Positions 1-6,975 of a stretch of 7,487 bases of DNA are shown piece after piece. Below the pieces are notes generated by a model. That model had not been told where the DNA came from and did no database searches. It saw only the letters and a list, made by a program, of their open reading frames with translations. The stretch's first letter is position 1. Every line of letters begins with the position of its first letter. The stretch is from Octopus sinensis (Eukaryota). The position numbers and the translations under genes are program-made. The stretch spans positions 1 through 7,487 of the forward strand of contig NW_021828869.1 of NCBI RefSeq assembly GCF_006345805.1, given 5' to 3'.

Positions 1-173
1 ATATAATATATATATATATAATATATATATATAATACAATATTATACATATTTATACACACACACGCATCTATATATATATACATTCATACATACATACA
101 TACTTGCATACATATATATAATATATATATTCACCATATATATATACATATTGATACACACCGCGCATATATA

Positions 174-204
<31 letters not shown>

Positions 205-451
205 CTGCACATTCATACATACATGCATATATATATATATATATACATATATATCCAATATATAAATATATACATATTTATTCACACACACGCATATATA
301 TACATTCATACATACATACATGATACGTATATATACAATATATAAATACATATTTATACACAACACGCATCTATATATATATATATATATACATACATAC
401 ATATATAATATATATGCGCATAAACACACACACATACACACGCACATATAT
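1..451. repeat. Compound (AT)n/(AC)n/(ATAC)n microsatellite mosaic
   Basis: Seen directly: almost pure alternating purine-pyrimidine runs with a degenerate higher-order unit at about 37, 256 and 336. Confidence 0.97.
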
Positions 452-975
452 AGTCAAGAATTTATGCGTTTCATAATTAATACGGTTTATTACATTCGCT
501 CCTTCTTTTTATTATTTTTGTAATTACTTCATAACATTTCTTTCAATGTATGAGTGTCGACATACAACTATGTGTCAGTGGAATGGTGTTAAAAAGCATT
601 TTCTCATATATTTTTATTATCTCGAGCTTTAATATTATAATAATATTTTGGCTGGTCTTATAAAAACGATATTTTCTTTTCATTAATCCAAAAAATATTT
701 TCGTACATATGTGATCTTATATTTATTTTATCCTAAAATCTTAATTCAGTCATTTTGACAGCCAAAAAGTTAACAATAACGCAGTTTGATTCTAATATTT
801 ATAAATACTTTTGGATCGTTTACATATTCGTGAATGTGAGGAAGTAAGGGATTATTTATGATACTCCATTTTGTATATTATATTTTTTTAATGGATGTAC
901 ATCTAAGCGTTGCTTGTCACTTTAGGTAGCTACACAAGTTCCTTCATGCATACACACAAAATACTATATAAATGA

Positions 976-976
<1 letters not shown>

Positions 977-1022
<46 letters not shown>
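977..1022. repeat. (TG)23 microsatellite
   Basis: Perfect TG run abutting the end of SINE A. Confidence 0.98.
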
Positions 1023-1023
<1 letters not shown>

Positions 1024-1024
<1 letters not shown>

Positions 1025-1401
1025 CAAACAAGGACAGACAAACGGATTAAGCTGATTAGATCGACCCCAGTGCGCAACTGGTACTTATTTAATCGACCCC
1101 GAAAGGATGAAAGGCAAAGTCGACCTTGGCGGAATTTGAACTCAGAACGTAGCGGCACACGAAATACCTAATTCTTTATTACCCACAAGGGGTTACATAC
1201 AGAGGGGACAAACAAGGACAGACAAACAGATTAAGTCGATTATATCGACCCCAGTGAGTAACTGGTACTTCTTTAATCGACCCCGAAAAGATGAAAGGCA
1301 AAGTAGACCTCGGCGGAATTTGAACTCAGAAGGTAACGACAGACGAGATATACCGCTAAGCATTTTGCCTGGCGTGCTAACGGTTCTACCAGCTCGCCGC
1401 C
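1024..1401 (-). mobile_element. tRNA-derived SINE, family A (Meta-domain-like), with a 184-bp tandem partial duplication
   Basis: Minus strand begins GGCGGCGAGCTGGTAGAACCGTTAG (A-box-like). B-box-like GAGTTCAAATTCC at 1327-1315 and 1143-1131. The core GCCTTTCATC(C/T)TTTCGGGGTCGATTAAA(T/G)AAGTACCAG (1299-1262, 1115-1078) resembles the MetaSINE central domain. Family assignment is from memory. Confidence 0.88.
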
Positions 1402-1423
1402 TTTAATATATACCTTTAACTAC

Positions 1424-1804
1424 GGTACTCCGTCGTTTACGACGACGACGGTTCCAGTTGTTCCAATCAATGGAACAGACTGCTCGTGAAATTTACGTGC
1501 AAGTGGTTGAGCACTCCACAGACCAGACACTTGTAACCCTTAACGCAGTTCTCCGGGAGATTCAGCGTAACACAGAGAGTGACAAGGTTGGCCCTTTCAA
1601 ATACAGGTACAACAGAAACAGGAAGAAAGAGTGAGAGAAAGTTGTGGTGAAAGAGTACAGCAGGGTTCGCCATCCACCCCACTGCCGGAGCTTCGTGGAC
1701 CTTTAAGTGTTTTCGCTCAATAAACACTCACAATGCCCGGTTTGGGATAGAAACCGCAATCCTATGACTGCGAGTCCGCTGCCCTAACCCTGGGCCAGTG
1801 CACC
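1424..1804 (-). mobile_element. tRNA(Arg)-like SINE, family B, about 380 bp (possibly octopus OR1-type)
   Basis: Minus head TGGCCCAG-GGTTAGGGCAGCGGACTCGCAGTCATAGGATTGCGG, degenerate B box GGTTTCTATCCC (1755-1744), CORE-like GTGTTTATTGAGCGAAAACACTTA (1727-1704), 3' end with (GTC)n GTAAACGACGGAGT. The OR1 name is tentative, from recalled size and head type. Confidence 0.85.
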
Positions 1805-1864
1805 AATCAGTAAAAATTACAGCAATATCAGCGCCAAGTATGTTTAGGCATAGCGAACTTCAGG

Positions 1865-2277
1865 TACTCTTTTACTCTTCTACTTGTTTCAGACATTTGA
1901 CTGTGGCCATGCTGGAGCACTGCCTTTAGTCGAGCAAATCGACCCCGGGACATATTCTTTGTAAGCCTAGTACTTATTCTATCGGTCCCTTTTGCCGAAC
2001 CGCTAAATTAAGGGGACGTAAACATCGGTTGTCAAGCGATGTTGGGAAGGGGACAAACACAGACACACAAATATATACACACACATACATATATGTATAC
2101 ATTTATGTATACATATATATGGTGGGTTTCTTTCAGTTTCCGTCCACCAAATCCACTCACAAGGCTTTGGTCGGCCTGAGGCTATAGTAGAAGACACTTG
2201 CCCAAGGTGCCACGAAGTGGGACTGAACCCGGAACCGTGTGGTTGGTAAGTAAGCTACTTACCACACAGCCACTCCT
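1865..2277 (-). mobile_element. Full-length tRNA-derived SINE, family C copy C1 (possibly octopus OK-type, about 410 bp)
   Basis: Head AGGAGTGGCTGTGTGGTAAG, B box GGGTTCAGTCCC (2230-2219), CORE-like CCTTGGGCAAGTGTCTT (2207-2191), internal TA/TG microsatellite, tail (AAAGAGTA)n. Highly similar to 5674-6103 and 6371-6644. Confidence 0.95.
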
Positions 2278-2593
2278 ACAAAATATGTTTGTGACATATT
2301 TCAACTTCTAAGGCTAAATTCTCTGCAGTTATCATGGAGAAAAAAAATTCATTCTTGTCGTAAAAAAAAAGTTCTTTAAGATCTGTAAAAATGCCATATC
2401 TGTCCAGTGCTGCCCTCTGTCGGATTCTCAGACGCGTTTCGAACTCTTTAGATGAGATTTACCGACAGAATTAATTAAAGCCGTAGCTTTCACTGAAACA
2501 TCTTTTTTTGTTTTTGTTTACCATGAGAGAGATTGACTGAAATGATTGAAACGAGTAAAGGACGAATTATGAAAGATCTATGTATTCATAAGT

Positions 2594-3047
2594 ATGTGCG
2601 TATGTGTGTATGCGAGTGTGTGTGTGTGTGTGCGTGCGTGCGTGTATGCGTGTGTAAGTGTGTGCACGCGTGTGTAAGTGCGTGTGTGTACCAGTGTATG
2701 TGTTTATGTGTGTGTGCGTGTATGAGTTTGCGTGAGTGTACGCGCGTGTGTTTGTATTAGGTGTGTGTGTGCTTGTATTAGGTGTGTGTGTGTTTGCATT
2801 AGGTGTGTGTGTGTATGTGTGTGTGTTTGCATTAGGTGTGTGTGTGTATGTGTGTGTGTTTGCATTAGGTGTGTGTGTGTCTGCATTAGGTGTGTGTGTG
2901 TGTTTGTATTAGGTGTGTGCGTGTGTGTCTGCATTAGGTGTGTGTGTGTGTGTTTGTATTAGGTGTGTGCGAGTGTGTCTGCATTAGGTGTGTGTGTGTG
3001 TTTGTATTAGGTGTGTGCGTGTGTGTTTGTATTAGGTGTGTGTGTGC
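2594..3047. repeat. TG-rich microsatellite grading into a 21-33 bp minisatellite with 12 copies of (T/C)TG(T/C)ATTAGG(TG)n
   Basis: ATTAGG starts at 2756, 2777, 2798, 2831, 2864, 2885, 2908, 2933, 2958, 2983, 3006 and 3031. Confidence 0.97.
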
Positions 3048-3221
3048 ATAAGAATGAGTGTGCGCTGATTGGTTTATTCCTCTTGTAGCAGACAATCAGC
3101 AGCTGACCACGCCGGCGCTTTATCTGTACACACATCTAATCTTTGTAGCTTCTTAATTTTTGCCAAATTATCTCATTAGTATCTGCACAAAAACGGTGAA
3201 AAGAAAATTAAAAATGAAAAA

Positions 3222-3231
3222 ATATGTATGC

Positions 3232-3269
<38 letters not shown>

Positions 3270-3278
3270 TGTGTGTAT
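3222..3278. repeat. TATG/(TG)n microsatellite
   Basis: (TG)15 at 3239-3268 with degenerate flanks. Confidence 0.95.
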
Positions 3279-3339
3279 AAATTTATCTTTTACACAAGTT
3301 TCTGCTTGTATATCTATTCTCTTATATCTGTCTTGAGTT

Positions 3340-3506
3340 CATATGTGTGTAGGATCTAGTGTCTAGCTTTATATATGTGTGTATTAATACATGTGTGCGT
3401 CTATGTGTATTGATGTACATTTGTATGTATTGCTGTGCGTGATGCTTTATATGTGTGTTTATTATGTGGATCTGTGAATACGTCATCTATATGCACATCT
3501 GTGTAT

Positions 3507-3570
<64 letters not shown>

Positions 3571-3990
3571 TAATATATATGTGGGGGGTATATAAATATA
3601 CATATATATACACCTGCACATATACGTATATGTGTTTATAATGTGTATATATGTGTTTTATATATATATATATATATATACATACATACATACATATATA
3701 CACATATACATATGTAGGTATATGTGTGTGTGTATATATATGTGGGGGGAGAGATATGTGGGTGTGCGTGTATATATATATACATATACACAGCACATAT
3801 AAGTATATGTGTGTATATGTGTATATATATGTGTTATATATATATATATACACACATACATATGTGGGTATATGTGTGTGTGTATATATAAATATGTGTG
3901 TGCGCGTGCGCGTGCGTCTACACAGATGAGTGTATGCATTTATATACATGTTTGTAAGTGTACTCATGTCTATATACATGTGTGCGGCTT
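3340..3990. repeat. Compound (TA)n/(TG)n/(TACA)n microsatellite field
   Basis: Long (TA)n at about 3515-3561. A near-identical 32-nt unit CATATGT(A/G)GGTATATGTGTGTGTGTATATATA occurs at about 3708 and 3859. Confidence 0.95.
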
Positions 3991-4210
3991 TAACCACACG
4001 CGTGTATATTTACGAGCGTCATTTTTATATCTCTGTACAAATGCATTCGTGTGTCTGTACGTTTATCCAGATTTAAAACATAAATATATGGCTGTTTACG
4101 TCATGGGAATATAAATATATTCCGTGATATATGAAATAGATCGTCTTTTTACGGTGCAACTCTGAGTAAATAAATCCATAAATTATAACGAGTAGCCTAA
4201 GTTTTTTTAT

Positions 4211-4420
4211 TTACTCTTTTGTTTTTTTTACTCGTTTCTGTCATTCGATTGCGGCCATGCTGTAGCACCACCTTGAATGGTTTTCAGTTGAAGAAATCGA
4301 CGCCAGGACTTGTTTTTAAGCCCAGTACTATCAGTCGCTTTTGTGTGGTTACGGGGACGTAACCACACCAAGATCGGTTGTTAAGCGGTGATAGGTGTCA
4401 AACACAGACACAAAGAAACA
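4211..4420 (-). mobile_element. Family C SINE, 3' half only (copy C2, diverged subfamily)
   Basis: Matches the 3' half of C1/C4 (GTTTC..TCATT.GA.TGCGGCCATGCTG.AGCACC; ACGGGGACGTAA.CACACCA..ATCGGTTGT.AAGCG; CAAACACAGACACA) but carries an extra TTGAATGGTTTT segment and many substitutions. Confidence 0.88.
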
Positions 4421-4595
4421 TACATAGATATATATATACATGTATGTATGTGGTGTATGCACAACACCCTATATATATATATATTATATATATATATATA
4501 TACATGTATACATGTATATATACATATATACATATGCATGAATATATACATAACACACACACACACACCACATACACACACACACGAACACACAC

Positions 4596-4626
<31 letters not shown>
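4421..4626. repeat. Compound TA/CA microsatellite (expanded internal microsatellite of SINE C2)
   Basis: Seen directly. It sits where family C carries its internal microsatellite. Confidence 0.93.
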
Positions 4627-4786
4627 ACTGCCCGAAACAGTAGAGACTTCTGGTAAACTTGACTGATGAAAGAAGGCCAGGAATGCCCCGTCATTTTTCC
4701 TGTCCTAATTGTTGCTTCACCTGTCTATCTTTGTATCGTCTATCTGTCCGAATGGTTTATTGACCTCTATTACGTTTTTGTACCAT

Positions 4787-4788
<2 letters not shown>
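4627..4788 (+). mobile_element. Unidentified repeat fragment, possibly a Penelope-like terminal fragment
   Basis: Non-microsatellite island between two microsatellites inside the split SINE. Contains CCCGAAACAGTAGAGA (4631-4646), CTGATGA (4663-4669) and a T-rich end weakly similar to 5041-5080. Confidence 0.35.
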
Positions 4789-4818
<30 letters not shown>

Positions 4819-4856
4819 CATACATACATACATACATACATACATACATACATACA
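4789..4856. repeat. (TACA)17 microsatellite
   Basis: Perfect tetranucleotide run. Confidence 0.98.
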
Positions 4857-4862
4857 TGTATA

Positions 4863-5087
4863 TATCCTTTTCATTCCTGCCATTTCAACATGTTGAACCG
4901 TTAATCCCTACACGTTTTTTCTCTCACCGTTTTTTTCTCTCTCTCCATTTTTTCTCCTCTTAATCCTTTCTGACAAAGAGCGTAGGTTCAAAGCATAAAA
5001 GACTTTTCCTTTCTTCCCGAGCGTAAACTAGTAGACCTGCTTGTTGTTCCTATACCTATCTTCACCTTACATTTTCTGTAAATTTGA
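4863..5087 (+). mobile_element. Probable non-autonomous Penelope-like (pseudo-LTR) fragment
   Basis: Pyrimidine-rich leader, then a decayed minimal hammerhead fold at 4966-5001, then a T-rich tail ending at a microsatellite. This architecture is typical of PLE termini. Boundaries are approximate. Confidence 0.55.
4966..5001 (+). ncRNA. Degenerate (likely inactive) minimal type I hammerhead ribozyme
   Basis: CTTT-CTGACAA-A-GAGC-GTAG-GTTC-AAAG-CA-TA-AAAG. Stem I CTTT/AAAG is perfect and stem II GAGC/GTTC closes a tetraloop. The core is a few substitutions from CUGACGA...GAAACGUA. Confidence 0.55.
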
Positions 5088-5280
5088 ACACACAAACACA
5101 CACACATTTATATATATATTTACGACGTTATTCTTTCAGTTTCTGTCTACAAAATCCACCCACAAGGCTTTGTTCAACCCGAGGCTATAATAGAAGATAC
5201 TCGCCCGAGGTGTCGCGCAGTGGGACTGAATCCGGAACAATATGGTTGGGAAGCAGTCTTCTTACCACACAGCCACGCCT
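5088..5280 (-). mobile_element. Family C SINE, 5' half plus microsatellite remnant (copy C3, diverged subfamily)
   Basis: Head AGGCGTGGCTGTGTGGTAAGAAG, B-box-like GGATTCAGTCCC, CORE-like CCTCGGGCGAGTATCTT, then AAAGCCTTGTGGGTGGATTTT...GAAACTGAAAGAA and the TA/TG run. No 3' half is adjacent. Confidence 0.9.
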
Positions 5281-5299
5281 AACACAATAAAGGTGATTA

Positions 5300-5560
5300 G
5301 AGGCTTTAACCCGAGTCGTGAGCCCTATAATACCTAAAGCTGGTGTTTAATCCGATTTCTGTTGAGATTAAAGTACTACCACCCCTTTGAACAGGACGTC
5401 TGTCCGTTCCAGGAGAAACTTCCCATTTATAGTTGGAACTCATTAATAGTTGAATGAGTTGAAGTGTTTTACTCCAGAACACATCACACCGTCCGGTCTG
5501 AGAATCGAAACTATGACCTTATGATTGTGAGTACAACATCCTAACCACCAGGCCACGCCC
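5300..5560 (-). mobile_element. Older tRNA-derived SINE, family D, about 260 bp (possibly octopus OR2-type)
   Basis: Head GGGCGTGGCCTGGTGGTTAGG, B-box-like AGTTTCGATTCTC (5512-5500), CORE-like GTGTTCTGGAGTAAAACACTTC. The head aligns with family B but the body differs. The 3' boundary is approximate and the name tentative. Confidence 0.75.
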
Positions 5561-5673
5561 TTTTACAAACATTAAAATTAAGGACCACAAAACTTTATTC
5601 CTTAGAACTCAAAATTGCAGATTAATTAATTCCGTTAAAACTAACTTAAGATAGTTAGCAATCGTATTCATGG

Positions 5674-6103
5674 TTTACTCTTTACTCTTTACTCTTTTAC
5701 TCTTTTACTTGTTTCAGTCATTTGACTGCGGCCATGCTGGAGCACCGCCATTAATCGAGCAACTCGACCCCGGGACTTAATCTTTTGTAAGCCCAATACT
5801 TATTCTCTCGGTCTCCTTTGCCGAACCGCTAAGTGACAGGGACATAAACACACCAGCATCGGTTGTCAAGCAATGCTAGGGGGACAAACACAGACACACA
5901 AACACGCACACGCATACATATATATATATATACATATATACGACAGGTTTCTTTCAGTTTCCGTCTACCAAATCCACTTAAAAGGCTTTGGCCGGCCCGA
6001 GGCTATAGTAGAAGACACTTGCCCAAGGTGCCACGCAGTGGGACTGAACCCGGAACCATGTGGTTAGTAAACAAGCTACTTACCACACAGCCACTCCTGC
6101 GCC
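5674..6103 (-). mobile_element. Full-length family C SINE (copy C4)
   Basis: Head GGCGCAGGAGTGGCTGTGTGGTAAG, B box 6051-6040, CORE-like 6028-6012, internal microsatellite, tail of several (A)AAGAGTA repeats. Confidence 0.96.
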
Positions 6104-6370
6104 TGTGTTTTCTTTTTTTTTCTTTTTTTTTTTTTACTCATACAGCAAGTCTTGCACCTATTTATGAACTGCAGTTAAATACTTTGATAACGAAGTTTAG
6201 TGTAGTACCGAAGAAATGAAATATAGTTAGTTCATTAGTACACGGCAGAAACAAACTGGAAACGTCAATGTATTCGTTCGAATTACTAGAAAGTAGCAGC
6301 CATATTTCTCCCATAATACAATTCACAGATCTTTAAAAGAGAGAAATATTTTAGGTATTGCAAACAGAAG

Positions 6371-6644
6371 AGGAGTGGCTGTGTGGTAAGTAGCTTGCTT
6401 ACCAACCACATTGTATTGTATTGTATTGTATTGTATGTATGTATGTGTTTGTCCCCCCCCCCCCAACATCGCTTGACCACCGATGCTGGTGTGTTTACAT
6501 CCCCGTAATTTAGCAGTTCGGCAAAAGAGATCGATAGAATAAGTACTAGGTTTACAAAGAATAAGTCTTGGGGTCGATTTGCTCGACTAAAAGGCGGTGC
6601 TCCAGCACGGCCGCAGTCAAATGACTGAAACAAGTAAAAGAGTA
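6371..6644 (+). mobile_element. Family C SINE with internal deletion (copy C5)
   Basis: The first 41 nt of the head (6371-6411) join directly to (TGTAT)n/(TGTA)n, followed by an intact 3' half ending CAAGTAAAAGAGTA. Possible short TSD AGAAGA (6366-6371 and 6644-6649). Confidence 0.93.
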
Positions 6645-6975
6645 GAAGAAACGGAATTCAATATGGCTATATAATTCATCTTTGTGTTTTTGATAAGCAG
6701 AAAGTTACACCAGCGATTCAAGGACCGAATGAGTTGTGCATGATGAGTGACAGGTACGAAACTCTAACCACTTGAGTTATCTTTGTAATTTTCTGCCGAT
6801 TAATATGTGTGTGTGCGCATGCTCAGGCGTAAACGCACACATATACGATTGTATATGAATGTGTATGTGTGTGCGTGTTTTATTTGTATGGATAGATGGA
6901 TGGAGAGTTGAAATGATTACCTCAGAATGGAAAGCGGGAGAGGGAGAGAAGTGGTGAGGGGGAATAGAGTAGAAG

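Noticed and set aside
70-523. ORFs 70..447, 151..345 and 320..523
   Set aside because: Y/I/H/T/V/C/M-rich translations of AT/AC microsatellite; the tail of 320..523 is short AT-rich sequence with no recognisable domain.
1730-1804. SINE heads as functional tRNA genes (also at 2277, 5280, 5560 and 6103)
   Set aside because: No complete cloverleaf or acceptor stem, and each continues into a multicopy SINE body.
964-2197. ORFs 964..1158, 980..1171, 1467..1727 and 2003..2197
   Set aside because: They lie within SINEs A, B and C1 or the (TG)n run. SINEs are non-coding and the frames are not preserved between copies.
2463-2492. 30-nt minus-strand microexon (TTTCAG | ... | GTAAAT)
   Set aside because: Frame-preserving, but the upstream intron sequence is A-rich with no polypyrimidine tract, and such matches are common by chance.
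2756-3036. TTAGG motifs as an interstitial telomere
   Set aside because: The motifs are separated by (TG)n rather than tandem, and the molluscan telomere repeat is TTAGGG.
2533-4114. ORFs across the TG and TA repeat fields, including the 198-aa ORF at 3401..3997
   Set aside because: Low-complexity dipeptide repeats. Alternating purine-pyrimidine runs lack stops by construction.
4378-6633. ORFs at 4378-4963, 5084..5290, 5863..6219, 5873..6067 and 6286..6633
   Set aside because: Microsatellite- or SINE-derived. Shared peptide similarity (e.g. SGTEPGT.WL) merely reflects SINE copy homology.
6740-6746. ATGATGA as a C/D snoRNA C box
   Set aside because: No downstream CTGA D box at a suitable distance and no terminal stem.
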